A model generated the notes under the pieces. It did no database searches and was not told where the DNA came from. It saw nothing but the letters and a program-made list of their open reading frames with translations. Below, piece after piece: positions 24,090 through 37,125 of a DNA stretch of 64,000 nucleotides (position 1 is the stretch's first letter; each line of letters opens with the position of its first letter). A program made the position numbers and the translations under genes. The stretch comes from Marsupella aquatica. Lineage: Eukaryota; Plantae; Marchantiophyta. The stretch spans positions 25,842,798 to 25,906,797 of the forward strand of contig OZ316893.1 in NCBI GenBank assembly GCA_973895155.1, in the 5' to 3' direction.

Positions 24090-26288
24090 TTTTGGTGGTG
24101 CCTCCAAAAGCGTAGTTCACGACATTTGTCATAATCCATCAGGACATCTCTTCAAGTGTTTTTTCACATGTCCTCATTTGTGAGGATCACAACTGCCAGA
24201 TTTTATAAATGAGAATCGATTTGTGCTATTTGATGATAGGTAGTCAAAGGAATTTGGTCATTAGAAGTATGAGAACATGAAGTAAAATTTGAGCAATATA
24301 CATATCCCGACGGCATCTCGTCTTTCATGTCCATTGATTTGCTCTCACATTATCATTTGAGCGGTTGGTTTTGGAAGGACCACAAGAATTGTTTGGTGGA
24401 TGACATCCTGTGGTGATCAAAGTGCTGCCGATCAATTGGACTGGGATGGGACTGAGACGGTTGGGTCAATACCTTCTCTTGGAGCACTGTGGTGCTCTGC
24501 ATGGTAGTTTAATTATCTAAAGTTGAATCTAGAAAATAGTAGATAATCATGTTCAACTGGTAAGCAATGTTCTTTCGGCCTTTCTAGCCAAAACTATGGA
24601 TCTTTGTGGAGTTGGGTATAGACCTTCACACCCCAGGAGGTTATTTCCCTTTTTCCCCCTTTTTCATTTGACTTACAGGCATACGTATCTGTTGGAAACA
24701 ACTTCCTGATTTATGAGAAATACAATTCCAATGTACCATGTGGTGTTTACCTGGCTGGCAGTCGTCTATTAACAAATACTACCGACTGTCGAGGCTTTGG
24801 CCAGGAACCCTACCTCTCGTTGATGTCTGACAAATCTCGAGCCTCGTCTTTGACATATACAATTTAGTTGGGAAAACATAAGTCTACAAGACAAGCTCTG
24901 ATCAAGGAGCTCCCACGTCAGTGTAATTCAGGTGTCACAGTGCTAGCCAAGTCTATGCCACCACAGTTTCGAAATTCTACTTGAAGAGCGTCCTAAACAA
25001 TGCCAAAGTCATTATCAGCAGGACACAGATGTTGGCGTCATCAAGTTGGTGTTCACAGACGTACTTATGAAACGCATGGCATGAAAAGAATGGTAATCTC
25101 TATCAAATTGCAATGGACTTACAGAATCTGCTTTTTATTGAATAACAAAGCTTATGCAAGAATAAGTCCATGTCTTTACAATGCACACAACTGGCACATT
25201 GTCATGACATCAAATCACCAGGTCCTTTTTAAAATCGAAAGGAATCGGAACAGACTTATATCTCAAAGACAAATAGTCGAGAGGACAGCATTGAAAGCTC
25301 CAGGAAGTTCAAAGAGTAATTCTCATAAACAGACAAATGGACCTTCCAAAGGTCGACGAGTCATAAGAGAAAGGGTCGATCTTGACCCTATAGAGTCGAG
25401 TGCAAACAGAGTTACTATCAATACATATCCGACAAAAGGTCTAAGAGAATCTTGAAGATCAAACCGATATGAAATCATTCAGCTAACATGGAAGATCTTC
25501 GAATTACCAGGCCTTGTTCTCGCAGTAAAGAGGTTCTCGACAGAGATCCTCGTACCTGTCCGTCACGGCATAAAATAGAGTTACTATTTCATGCAGGCAC
25601 ACAGATACAGGTACATGTGTAAGAAGATATTTATCAGCTTTGATTACTAGGCGTCATCCATAACATCTCCACTGCAGAAACAAAGAAGTTCAGACAGCTT
25701 CTACACATCCTGATTTCTTGGAGCCATACTGGACCACAGATTATGTTCACAGCGCTCCTCTCGTTTCTACGCAAAGTGGGACCAAGAGCCCACATAGTGC
25801 TCACGTAGCGCTTGCTTAAGGCACGCATGCCAGGCAGTAATAGCAGAAGCCGTGCTGCAAATGTCTCACCGCGGACTATGCCGTTTGCTGAAGTAACCAC
25901 ATTCCTATGTGATGCCGTCCAGCATTCGAATATGTTGTTGGGAGTTTGACTGGTGGGAGGATGCCAACGATGTTCATCCTTGTTCATTCGTTTCGATCAG
26001 GACCAAATACTCAACAGTAGCGCCAGATCCTCTGTTGTTTGTAGATCCTCTACAAACGACATTGACAAACTACCCAGTCTTTCTTGACATGCAATATCGC
26101 ACATCTAGATTTTACGCCATTTGTTTTGAAGAATACTCGTATTCATGCTTGTTTAGACTCACATTCCTCCAGCATTGTCGAATCTCACTCACCAGGCACA
26201 CGTCCTAGTTTATCTCGGCCACGAGCAAGAGAGAGAGATGGGTAATAGAAAATATCTGTCTCATACGACGGACTTGCCGTTTCCCGTC

Positions 26289-26570
26289 GTGCTCTCTTTG
26301 CTGATCCAATAACGAGGTAATTGGCCCTACTGCCTTCACCTTAAGCTGAAAGCAATAGAGCCAATTATCTGGTGCTCTCTTTGCTGATCCAATAACGAGG
26401 TAGTTGGCCCTACTGCCTTCACCTTAAGCTGAAAGCAATAGAGCCAATTATCTGGTTGTTGCATCATGATCCTGTAGTCTGAGCGATTTGGTACTCTCCT
26501 TGCTGGTCCAATAACGAGGTAGTTGGCTCAATTGCCTTCTGCCTAAGATGAAAGCAATAGAGCCAATTAC
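26289..26570. repeat. 83-bp tandem duplication plus a diverged third copy
   Basis: gtgctctctttgctgatccaataacgaggt...gaaagcaatagagccaatta occurs at 26289 and 26372, with a diverged copy at ~26491. Confidence 0.9.
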
Positions 26571-27548
26571 ATTCTAATTCTTGCAACATGATCCTGTCGT
26601 CTGAGCCCATTGGTTTAAAGGCAATCGTAACCCAAGTTCCCATATCAGCCACAGCTGTATCAGTATGGCCTCCTGCAGCAGAAAGCATAATGGACTGCAT
26701 CTTGATGTCCGTCGAATGTTTTCCTTTATATTCTTGATGTCGACCGATTTCTTCCAGATTCCCTTTGTCAATCTGAATCTGAGAAGAAACGCGATTGACA
26801 TCAAGAAGAACAAAGCAGTTTCTTGGTAGCCTCATCAAGGTTATCATTTTCGTAGATCGTACCGCCTTCGAACAAGAATATCACTTTCCCTTTCCCATTC
26901 GAAGGCCCTGGGGATCTAATCCCTGACTCCGGTTGCTGCTATTGTTGAAACTGTAATCTTCTCTACCTTTGAAGTAAAAGCATCCATCCTCAAAAGACTT
27001 TGCCTGGTGGGAAGAGGAAGTAAAATTAAAAAATTTCCCCAAAAATCATCTAAAGAACAACAACCGCAGCTTCGGTACCCACATGTGAGGTTAGGATGGC
27101 CTCCGTGGATAGAAACAAGAAGGACCTCACCTACTACTTACACAGCTTCTCTAGCACAAGACACGCCATGAAACAGGATCAGCTGATCCCAAACAACCAT
27201 CCAAAAATATGATACCCTTTACGTGCCCATCTTGGAATGGCCTCGTCTGCGTGGAAATGCTGATCTCCAACATCAACCCACAATATTGACAACCTTTATC
27301 TGCTTATCTTGGAATTGCCCCGCGTATTCAGAGTGGACCTAAGTAGTACTCCAGGGCCATGATTCTCTGCAGAGAAAAGACAAGGCATGCCATCAAACAG
27401 ATCAGTTAGTCCCAAACTGCCTCCTCTTGAGTGCTGATGTGCTCATGCTCAGATCTAGTAGCCATGAGCTCTTACTGATCGCAAAAACAATTCAGCACAA
27501 AGTTCTTCTCTCTTTGCACCCTAATCTGTAGAAGAGCTTGAAATGTAC

Positions 27549-27825
27549 TCAAGAGCTACTTCTAGACGAACAACACACCAACCATGACAGTCTTCTTCGC
27601 TTCTTGTCCATCAAGGCCTAAACGACCCTGAGGTTCAGGACTGCAGTGACTGTAACAAAGGGTGAATCTCTGTTCACCCAACTGACTCGTAGAAGAACTT
27701 GAACTGTTTCTCAAGAGCTACTTCTAGACGAACAACACACCAACCATGACAAACTCCTTCGCTTTGTCCATCAAGGCCTAAACGACCCTGAGCTTCAGGA
27801 CTGCAGCGATCGTACCAAAGGGTGA
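27549..27825. repeat. Direct duplication of ~115 bp, period ~162 bp
   Basis: tcaagagctacttctagacgaacaacacaccaaccatgaca...ttcaggactgcag occurs at 27549 and 27711. Confidence 0.9.
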
Positions 27826-28285
27826 AACCAGGTAATCCAAAATCTGGGCTAAACCATCTGCAGGGTACCGTTGCTGACGATTCCCATCCGTTCCAAAATT
27901 CCCAAGTGTTCCCATCAATCGGGACAGCAATTGCACCTTCGTGGACAATCATTGCTTTGCAACCCATGGAAAGGAGAAACAGTACTGGACCGAGTGTGAT
28001 ACGGATCTAACGTTACACTCCGCATCTGTCCCAAACAACCCGACCATCGGAGACGAGAGAGTAGCAGACAGAACAGTGTGCTGTTGTGTCCGTCAGGAAC
28101 TGAACCAAAAAGACGCTCTGAAATTCGTGCAGTCGTGCACCACTCCTCAACTTCTCTCGTCCAACACGAAAACTCCCTTCATTCTGTCTCTGCTCTTCCA
28201 CTTATCTCGTTTGGCTAGGGAGGTTTTATAGTCGATTAGAAATGGGTTTTTTAATACAAGTGGTTTCGTACCATCCAGCCCTTTC

Positions 28286-28527
28286 ACCAAAGCCAAAGCA
28301 CAAACAATCTAGAGTAATTCATTGGGGGTGTCAAAGCACAGTCATCGACCAAAGCCAAAGAATAAACAATCTAATTCATTAGGGGTGTCAAAGCAGCTCC
28401 GTAGTCAAGACCAAGACCTTGTGGCTGTGGTTAATTTTTGATATTGCCATAATCAAGGTCACCTCAGTCATCAAGACCAAGACGTTGTGGCTGTGATTAT
28501 TTTTTGATAGTGCCATAATCAAGGTCT
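28286..28527. repeat. Two adjacent short tandem duplications (~55-60 bp each)
   Basis: accaaagccaaag...aaacaatcta...ggggtgtcaaagca occurs twice, then caagaccaagac.ttgtggctgtg...tgccataatcaaggtc occurs twice. Confidence 0.85.
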
Positions 28528-29306
28528 TATGGTGAGATTAATTTGCACCTGATAAATAACTCCAATAATCAATGGTCTTTTAGTTATGACTAGCCCCATG
28601 CTGCACAGAAGATGTCAAGGTGAGGAATGGATCTTGAAGTGAAAAAAGATGTCGAAGTGAGGAAAAGAACTTGAGGTGAGAAAAGATGACAACGTGAGAA
28701 AAAAATATAAAGATGAAAAAAAGATGGCAATTTGAAATAAAATAAATCAAGGTGAGAAAAAGATGACTCGATGAGAAACAGATAAAATGTTGAGATGAGG
28801 AAATATATCACATATTAATTATCTTGACACTACTTAATATAGGTAGCCAATAATTGTTTTCTATCCCAGTCATAAAATCGTGGTATTTCTCCTGTACCTC
28901 ACTTACCACCTTGACCTTGTTTTGACACTCCCTAGTAGAAGCTAGGGCTGTCTTGCCTGTAACTGGCCCTAAAAATTTTTTAGACCCACTATTCACCTGG
29001 CTGTTGGAGTATTGATTATCCCCTCAGGCCCTGGCTGGTCCCTTTGGGATTCTGGTTTAATCCTCTCTCTCTCCTGGTCTGGGTCCTTGTCGGATCCTTG
29101 GGTATCGTCCCCTTGTGGCTGCGCTACATAGAACTGCATGCTCCAAAGGAGGACGTCTATCCTCTATTGGATGGGTCTGCTTTCGGTTTCAAAAGCACAG
29201 AAAAAAAACATAAAAAATTTGATTTTGAGTGTGGTCTATCTTGCGAGAATGCTTTTTGCCAATAGACTCAATTGTCATGCCGGCCAGTAAAACCTACGCA
29301 GATAGT

Positions 29307-29490
29307 GCTCGTCCTCTTTTCACCATGTTTGAGTTCATGGTGATGGATATCTCTCATCGTTTCCTCGAAAGAATTGTCCAGCTGCGAGCTCACTGGTCTG
29401 ACAGGATGAAGCTCTGAATGACCGCGATCTTCACGCGAAGGTGCCTTGGAGATCCTGCAGCTCAAGAAAGGACTCAAGTCGTCTGATATG
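29307..29490 (+). pseudogene. Truncated paralogue of the F-box/Kelch gene 5' region (5' UTR plus first codons, ATG lost)
   Basis: Aligns with 30711-30920 through the shared atcgtttcctcgaaagaattgtccagctgcgag...gatgaagctct...gcgaaggtgc.ttggagatc. Here the start region reads gagatcctgcag instead of gagatcATGcca. Confidence 0.75.
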
Positions 29491-29736
29491 AATATGAAGG
29501 CCTATGTTTGAGTAATGGTTTTAGCATAGGGCCAATGCTTGACAATTTTGGCATCTGGACAAATGCTCTATTATCTACATTCAGCCATGTGTAGTGGTTT
29601 TCCTTTTTTGTCAGACTAATGTCACCTTGTGTGAAGATGCTAGGAATTATTCCTTGCCTGATTTCCTACGTTATTTTCTGAGAGTTGGATTCTGGCTAAT
29701 GGGGTATGTGGCTAGGGGGCAATCTGGCTAATGGAA

Positions 29737-30114
29737 TGTTGGGAAAAACCGTCGTCCAGGATCGACACAAGAGTGACATCAACAATGCGCACGTCAACAA
29801 CTCATGCACATTCATCATGAGACTACACAACATCTAAGTGGTTCACCCGGATGGGCTATGTCCACTGTCGTCAAAGAAATCACTAATGATCAAATCATAC
29901 ATGCTCCACCATAGTCTCCTTCGCGGAGCTCTAAGGCATATCTCCTCTCTAGGTCTTTCACCGAAGACCTCACTTTGTAGAATGAGTTCCACACTGGAAC
30001 TCTCTAAGGTATCATGCCTACTCGAGTGAGCTACTCCACAAACTCTACTTGTGTCTAACTAAAGCTAATGTTAACCACAGTTAACTGAGTACAAGGTAGA
30101 GACAATACCTAACA
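29737..30114. mobile_element. Solo LTR (378 bp) with 5-bp target-site duplication TGGAA
   Basis: Begins TGTTGGG and ends CCTAACA (TG...CA with an imperfect terminal inverted repeat). TGGAA flanks it at 29732-29736 and 30115-30119. The internal gtggttcacccggatgggctatgtccac resembles plant copia LTR motifs in reverse orientation. Confidence 0.88.
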
Positions 30115-30540
30115 TGGAAGACACAAAATTATTAGTTTTAGGTTTTTCCTTATTAGCCCGTGTGGCTGGCTATACTGTCACCTTGGGTGTGAAAGAGAAG
30201 ATGCTAGGAATATGTATTATTTGACTTTCATTATTGTTCACTGTGAAAGGTATTTCCTTAGTAGCCCTTGTGCCTATTGTCATCACCTTGTGTGTGAAGG
30301 AGAAAATGCTAGGAAATATTTGTCATTTGACGTTCATTATTGTTGACCGTCAGATTTCCCTACATCTAAGGATGACTCTTAGATTCTGGCTAATGTGGTC
30401 TGTGTCGACAACGTTTTGGACAGGTGGATTCTAGGAATTCGCCGATACAAAGACGCTGCCATGAATCGGTGCTCAGCAACTGTGAAATCAATAACCCGGT
30501 GAGAGAACATGTTGAGGGCCCACCATAGCTCATTGGAAGA

Positions 30541-30690
30541 GTATTTCTTAAGCTATCTAACAGAACGATTTTTGCTTTGATTCCAATCCGATAAGAGAAA
30601 GCTGTGAGACCCCAACGAGCATTTCTTAAGCTATCCAACAGAATGATTTTTGCTTTGATTCCGATCCGATTTGAGAAAGCTGTGAGACCC
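30541..30690. repeat. 78-bp tandem duplication upstream of the F-box gene
   Basis: atttcttaagctatc.aacagaa.gatttttgctttgattcc.atccgat..gagaaagctgtgagaccc occurs twice. Confidence 0.9.
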
Positions 30691-30878
30691 GCAAGCTTCA
30701 CAGATCACTGCTCGTCGTCTCTTCACCGTGTTCGATTTTAGGTTCAGCAAGCTCTAGTTCACGGGGATCGATTTCTCTAATCGTTTCCTCGAAAGAATTG
30801 TCCAGCTGCGAGATCACAGGTCCGACGGGATGAAGCTCTAAGTGACCGCGGACTTTATGCGAAGGTGCTTTGGAGATC

Positions 30879-32084
30879 ATGCCACCCAAGAAAGGAGGCA
30901 ATTCGTCTGATACAAAGGGAAATTCTCTACATCTGTTTCCGAGAATCCCTGATGAAGTCACGTTGAACCAGATAGTCCCCAAGCTGTCGTGGAGGGATTT
31001 GTGGGTCCTATCGTCAGTGTCTCGCGCTTGGTGCCACGCAATCAAAAGTCGTCAAGTCTACTCTGCGAGGGTGCATCACCAAGCTTCGGAGACGCTTGTC
31101 ATCCTCAATTTGGATTGCCCGTTTCATATTCGGACTCCTGTTCTCTATTCCATCAGAGACAAGTCTTTTCATAAACTTCCTCCAATCCCCGGTCTCACTG
31201 AAGGGTTCCCCCGCTACTCTCAATCTGTGTCATTGGACGGGAAGCTTTACGTCTTGGGAGGGCACCGAGGTTGTGGTGATCAGGTTTATGTTTTTGATCC
31301 GGTTGGGCGAAGGCAATGGAAGCGGTGTTCAGATATGATCAATCAACGAGCGGACTTTGCATGTGGTGTCATGGATGGGAAGATTTACGTCTTTGGAGGT
31401 AGAGTGAACTTCAGTTACAATGTTAGTGCGTCAGAGGTTTATGACCCCAAGAAAGATACTTGGTTTAAAATTAAGCCCATGACAATGGACCGTTATTCAC
31501 ATCACGCTACAATTGTGGACAAGGAGTTTTTGGTGTACAGCGGAATGTTTAGATTCTATCCAGATGTTTTGGAATATGAGTCTGATGATGATGAACCTGA
31601 CTCGGATACAGCACATGCGAACTTTCTGGAGGTTTATGATCCTGCTAAGGACGAGTGGAGATTGATACGACGTTCCTGGATGGGAACGGACCCATTATTG
31701 TTCGTGGCACAGGGGAAACTCTATCGTACGAACCGTCCGAACCGTCCGAGGGAGCAGGTTCATATTTATGTCCACGACGCTGATGACAGGAGATGGAATC
31801 ATTTGCATGAATGCACTTTTGTTTCAGTCTGGCCTGCTGACTCGATTTTGGTCAAGCTGTTCGCTGTTTTGGCAGTGAATGATGAGCTATTAGCCATTGT
31901 GTCCTGGCGCAGCAGAGACGATGCTGAGATCAACGGATTTTCTCTTGTTAAAAGTGAAGGGTTCCTTAGCGATGCCAAGGAGATGAGGTGGGAGAATGTG
32001 CTCGAAGCGACTCCTTACTTGGAAGATTTCGAACCGGGCGAGCCAGATGTCCCCGATTTTTCTATGAATCTCGTGGAGGTTTGA
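30879..32084 (+). CDS. F-box/Kelch-repeat protein, 401 aa, intronless
   Basis: F-box LFPRIPDEVTLNQIVPKL...LSSVSRAW. Kelch repeats include DGKLYVLGG...YVFDP...W, R.DFACGVMDGKIYVFGG...EVYDPKKDTW and EVYDPAKDEW. ATG is at 30879. Confidence 0.93.
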   Translation: MPPKKGGNSSDTKGNSLHLFPRIPDEVTLNQIVPKLSWRDLWVLSSVSRAWCHAIKSRQVYSARVHHQASETLVILNLDCPFHIRTPVLYSIRDKSFHKLPPIPGLTEGFPRYSQSVSLDGKLYVLGGHRGCGDQVYVFDPVGRRQWKRCSDMINQRADFACGVMDGKIYVFGGRVNFSYNVSASEVYDPKKDTWFKIKPMTMDRYSHHATIVDKEFLVYSGMFRFYPDVLEYESDDDEPDSDTAHANFLEVYDPAKDEWRLIRRSWMGTDPLLFVAQGKLYRTNRPNRPREQVHIYVHDADDRRWNHLHECTFVSVWPADSILVKLFAVLAVNDELLAIVSWRSRDDAEINGFSLVKSEGFLSDAKEMRWENVLEATPYLEDFEPGEPDVPDFSMNLVEV

Positions 32085-34040
32085 GAGCTTTCATGTGGTC
32101 AATATGCGTTGTCGTGTTTTGATGTGACAAAGTTTCCGTTGGGGAACTTGGTATGCCATTGAGAGAGGATTGTTTGCCACCAGCCGTTTGTATTAGAGAC
32201 CCTCCACTTGAACTAAGATTTCTGTCTCCAATTGGTTTCTGCGTCTGACTGAATCTACTGTAGGTTCGACTCCTTTTAGAAGTAAATGTGTACGCAAGGT
32301 TTTAAAATAAGATTGGAACGAAAAAGTTAAATGTCTGACCATGGACCTACTTCATTGGAATTGATCTCTTTTCAATAGTAGTAGTGTATCACCACATTCC
32401 GGATTCGTGGGGTTGCAAAGTCCTCTCTTTCTTGCCACGAGAGCATTTACCCTAGAAAATGTGCTTGAAATCGCTTCTTTCACTTCGGCCAACTAAGAGA
32501 TATACTTTGAATCCAAGCACTCATTCCTCCAGCACACGGAAGAGCTTCAGCTCTACATCGTTGGACTGAACTGCTGTTGAGAATATAAATCATAACATGC
32601 GGGGTACTGTTTTTTAACCTCACCGTTTGGTTTGCAACCACTTTGTCATTTGGAAATTGCTTTGCTATGAGAATTACAGAGAAATTGCTGGGCATCTTGT
32701 GAAGAGACAGGACCAACCATTGATATGGTCTTGACGTGAGGTGAGGACCTGTGTTCGGCGGGTTTAGGGTCTTGGTATAGTGGATGCTTCATACTCCGCA
32801 AGGTATGCTATTGAACTCGTATGTCTTTCAAAAAATTCCAAAACTAGTGCCCACAACTATGTCAAGCTAGTTCACACAAAATTAGAAATTTGTTTCATCG
32901 TTTACAATCAGATTCACAACACCAAATCTAATCAGAGCTTTGAAGTTTTCAAAAGAATTAAAAAGTCACTTGATAGGCAAAGAATGAATCTGCGCACTGT
33001 GATGCTGCCGCACGCCTACCAGGCCGGGGTAAACCAGGGAGAGAGGTGCCTCCTACATTTGTTGTCTTTTTGTATTTCAATACCTGTATGGAATATTTTT
33101 GCCTTCATACATGGGAAGCGTAAGTATGCAAAAAGATATAGCAAAATCTATACCTTCCCGCTCAGGTATAGAGGTGGGTGTAGGAAGATTGGCCAGGTAT
33201 GGCACAAAGTATGGGTCCTAATATTTATTAGGTGCGAGGCAGTGGTAAGCTTACGTAAGCTGAGTTGTCGCGAGTGCTGAATTTTTATGTCACATTTACG
33301 AATACAGCAAGCCATCTTAAGTTCAATAGAAGTAGCATATTGTTAACGTCAGTACTAATGTAAGCTGGCTGGAATACGGTCGTTCAGTTTGCAAAAAGGT
33401 TTTCTCAGACTTTTGTCCATGGTCAGCTCCAAACTCTTAAGTGGCAATCCTCGTCTGGGATGATTCAGTGCATCACACACTTGGTGGTTTTGGGCATACT
33501 GGTGAACTATACTTTTTTTTTGTACATAATTTCAATTTCATACGTGAGGCCCCAATTAAAAATTAACTGTTTCCCTTACAATTCTGTGTTTCGTATATAC
33601 AATGCAATGGTAATGGATGCGGTCCTTCCTCGAGTCCAAACTTCAGAGCACCGGCTATCTTTCTGTGGCGATGTCGTCATCTTTGACTTGGCTCAGTAAC
33701 TTCTGGACAGATGCACCATCTGAAAGACAAAAGAAAGTGGAGTCTAAGATGGCTGTCTTCCTATGGCAATCTTGTCATCTTTGACTTGGCTCAGTAACTT
33801 CTGGACAGACATCCCACCGAAGAGGGAGTCGAAGATGTCACATTCGGAGAAATCTCTTGATCAAAGGCTTGTTATGCTAGAACCAACCCAACTGTGGATG
33901 CAAATCTAGTGTGTACTTCATACGGATGGTTCTAGCTTGAAAAGAGCACCAACCAGCGTTACAGCAATATATAATACAGTCTTCGCAATGATAGCAAGTA
34001 AAAATTAAGGCGGGACGTGGACCTGAGCAAATGCGGTAAC

Positions 34041-34200
34041 TCTCCCTTTCTTTGATTCTCGTTACCTTGCAAAAGTGCTTCCTGACTTTTCGGTCCTACT
34101 TGATCGGCTTGGTCCAGCTTCTCCCTTTCTTTGATTCTCGTTACCTTGCAAAAGTGCTTCCTGACTTTTCGGTCCTACTTGATCGGCTTGGTCCAGCTTC
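34041..34200. repeat. Near-perfect ~79-bp tandem duplication
   Basis: tctccctttc(t)ttgattctcgttaccttgcaaaagtgcttcctgacttttcggtcctacttgatcggcttggtccagct occurs twice. A separate 36-bp direct repeat lies at ~33676 and ~33774. Confidence 0.95.
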
Positions 34201-35661
34201 TGCCTTCAGACCTGGCAGATAGTATAGGTCATGAATGCCTTCACATACGTGGCATCTACCGTAGTTAGTTTTCTCTCAAGCAGTGTCCTTAAACCACAGT
34301 CGTACCCCCCCCCCCCAACCCCACCCAACTACATTATAGGTTTGCAGTAGTACATGACACAGGCATACACGGTAAAAGTGGTAGGGCGCAAGACAATTAT
34401 CCACATCCCTGCGAAGTAAGGTTTGAGTCATTTGGATATAAGGTAAGTCTCGATGGAGCCTTACCATTTTAATTTCATCAGAATCTCAAATGCATAATTT
34501 TGACATCCTTCGAAACTTGTATCTTCCCTGCAAAAGCAAGGCATAATATGCGTCCATGTGACTGTTTCCAAGATGCAGCTTTCCAGATATCATCCGTCAG
34601 TTATTACAGAAGCAATATCTGTGTACCGTACAACTTAACAAAAACCGGAGATAACGTGCACAAAAGACTCTAGCAAGGAAAAGAACCCTTCCAGACGCAA
34701 ACAGATTACAGGTGGTGAACTTGCAAGAATCCCACAACAAAGACGACCACATGGCTCAATACCGGACTACACGAATAAGTTATAAGAGGGCACACTGGCT
34801 GGGACATGACATGCTCAACTTCGCTCTACCTTGGGAGACAGAGTGGCTTCCTAGAACTATTATCTCACCTTGACATTCTTTGTTCTCTTGACAACAGCAG
34901 CAAAAACTCTACAGTTATGACCATCACGTGGACCTTCAAGCTCGAAAAAAAATCACAGTAAAATGAATTCCATAGCTGGACTGCGCCTCAACAGAGCTGA
35001 CGGGAATGTCTGCACGATTCCCGAAGGGCGGACTTTGTAATAAAACTACTGTGCTCACAGCCAAATTCATAGCTACGGATCAGCGGAGTAGGGCCATGCA
35101 TTAACCACCCGAACGATCCTGACAAAGCAAGCTGAGTAGCACGTTCACAAATGTAAAATTGATGATTTACTGACATGAGAATGCCTGGCCAACAATTGGA
35201 GTAACACTCCTGGCAAATATTGTATAATATCACTATGAAAAAAAACTCCTCCTCTCATTCTGAAAGTGAGGGAGCTTGGCATTCTAAGTCAACTAATATA
35301 CATACTTATTTTCTGTTTATACTCACTGGCTTATTTCACTGCTGGGCCAGTAGACTCTAAAACTAGGGTTCACTTCAATATTTAATCATGCAATTGAAGC
35401 TCCCCATTTCCCCAAGGATTTAGGGTTTGACACTTGCTTCACTGAAAGTGGAGCACCAAGGTCAACTGGAGATGCATTCCACACATAGATCAGCATAAAA
35501 CAAGGAAAAATTGTCTATTATACCTTTACTTCCCTTCATCAAATGATTTGTATTAGTTCTCTGTTTCTATCCCATTTAAAACGAATTCGTTCATTTCTTT
35601 ATAAGTTTACCAGCTGGTTGGCTACCAACCAAGTCTCCATTAAATCTCAAGTTACTCGACA

Positions 35662-37125
35662 TTACTGAGTTTCAGCCGTCAATGGGTTCTTCTGAGCATG
35701 CAAGAGGATCTCTGACTCAGAGCCATAGTTACTTTCAGTCCCAGGAGACAATGATACATCCTCTTCTCCTGTGGGTGCGAGAGTAGGGAGTTCTGAACTT
35801 ACAGCAAATTTCACCCATCTTCTTTCCTTGACGTATTCAATGGCCGGGTATGCTAAAAAGCCAGCCAACGAGATAACCAAACTAAGGAGAACCGTCTGTA
35901 CAGAGGCAATGATCATGACCACAATGACGAGCATGCTCGGGAAGACCAACAAAGCAGTGACCGCTCCAGTCTTCAAGGGTATGCTGTATGGTCGCTGCAG
36001 GTCTGGCTGTTTTATTCTCAGCCAGATGAAAGCTGCAAATTCAAGAAGCATACCCAAACAATAGAGGTAATTAAGGACCTCAATGATTTCTTCGAAACTC
36101 ATCCAGGAGAGCAGAACAACGCCCGTAGCAGAGCATAGAATTCCCAAAATTGGAGTCCCATACTTAGATCTGACCGCAAAAATCTGAGGCAACATGCCCC
36201 TCTCCCCCATTCCGAGCAGCTGGAAGGAGTCACTGCTCATTTCGGCCTCAAAGAGCCCCATGTTTGACAGAGCGGCAGCGATTTCTATCCACCATTTCAA
36301 CCACACACCCCCAATTGCCATGGCAATATCAGCAAAGTAGCCATCATCCCACGCCGAGCTGCCACCCACAGCCCCCGTGCCAGCCATGAGCGGAACGAGG
36401 TAGGCGAATACCACCAGCACAACAGCCCATAGGAGAGCTTTAGGGAATGTTTTCTTTGGCTCCTCCACTTCCCCTGCCAAAGTGCTGGCCGAATCCCAGT
36501 AGTTCAGATTCCAGAAGAGAGTATTGAGATACCCACGCCAGTTGATGTTTTTTATGTCCAGAATCAGCCATCTCTCAGGCCTTATTAAGGGTATAGCCAT
36601 AAGAGACATGATGCAGAAGGGGAGCAAGGAGAAGATGGTCAACGCAACTGCAGTGTACCCAACGATCGTGAGGCCCCGGTAGTTGAGGTAAGTGAGGCCC
36701 ACCGTGATTAGGACGAGAGCAATCACTCTGTAGGGTCCTCCCTCGAAGATTGGCATTGCACGCTTGAGATAATCCAGAAACAGAACTGGGTACAGCGCAT
36801 TATCAATCACTCCACTAAGCCATTTCCACCAGCCTTCTTGGAACCCCCAGAAGGGCCCAAACGCTGCAGAGATCCACACCACGTATCCTCCATTCTCCGG
36901 GAATGCAGTGGCCAATTCGGCAGTCACAAGCGCCTCTGGAATGCTCCAGATGAAGGGGAATACTGCGAATCCTAGCAGGGCCAAGAGCGGACCTCCTGCT
37001 TTCACCGAGTCCTCCACTCCAAACGGCCCTCCAGACACTTCGTAGAAAATGAGAGCCACCAAGGGCAGCATGGAGAGCTTCGATGGGCCATGATGGGCCT
37101 TACTGCTGCTGGGAGGCCCCGTCAT
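35662..37125 (-). CDS. Polyamine uptake transporter (PUT/LAT, RMV1-like APC-family permease), 487 aa, intronless CDS
   Basis: Signature motifs: [72 protein letters not shown] and [15 protein letters not shown], with about 12 hydrophobic segments. The first in-frame ATG after the upstream stop is at 37125; the track start at 37164 is GTG. Confidence 0.95.
   Translation of the reverse strand: MTGPPSSSKAHHGPSKLSMLPLVALIFYEVSGGPFGVEDSVKAGGPLLALLGFAVFPFIWSIPEALVTAELATAFPENGGYVVWISAAFGPFWGFQEGWWKWLSGVIDNALYPVLFLDYLKRAMPIFEGGPYRVIALVLITVGLTYLNYRGLTIVGYTAVALTIFSLLPFCIMSLMAIPLIRPERWLILDIKNINWRGYLNTLFWNLNYWDSASTLAGEVEEPKKTFPKALLWAVVLVVFAYLVPLMAGTGAVGGSSAWDDGYFADIAMAIGGVWLKWWIEIAAALSNMGLFEAEMSSDSFQLLGMGERGMLPQIFAVRSKYGTPILGILCSATGVVLLSWMSFEEIIEVLNYLYCLGMLLEFAAFIWLRIKQPDLQRPYSIPLKTGAVTALLVFPSMLVIVVMIIASVQTVLLSLVISLAGFLAYPAIEYVKERRWVKFAVSSELPTLAPTGEEDVSLSPGTESNYGSESEILLHAQKNPLTAETQ

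Larger units (their letters stand above)
25560..28210 (-). pseudogene. Decayed coding-like region of unknown family with internal tandem duplications
   Basis: A chain of - strand ORF fragments (25634-25987, 26464-26847, 27674-27967, 28013-28201) is broken by stops and duplications. No domain was recognised. Confidence 0.2.

Noticed and set aside
26221-26312. Resemblance to miR535/miR156 star arms (gtgctctct)
   Set aside because: There is no matching mature arm or clean hairpin, and the motif is part of a tandem duplication.
32225-32275. tRNA-like B-box GGTTCGACTCC
   Set aside because: No acceptor stem or consistent cloverleaf could be formed.
32780-33280. 166-aa + strand ORF
   Set aside because: GTG start, no recognisable domain and intergenic-like composition.
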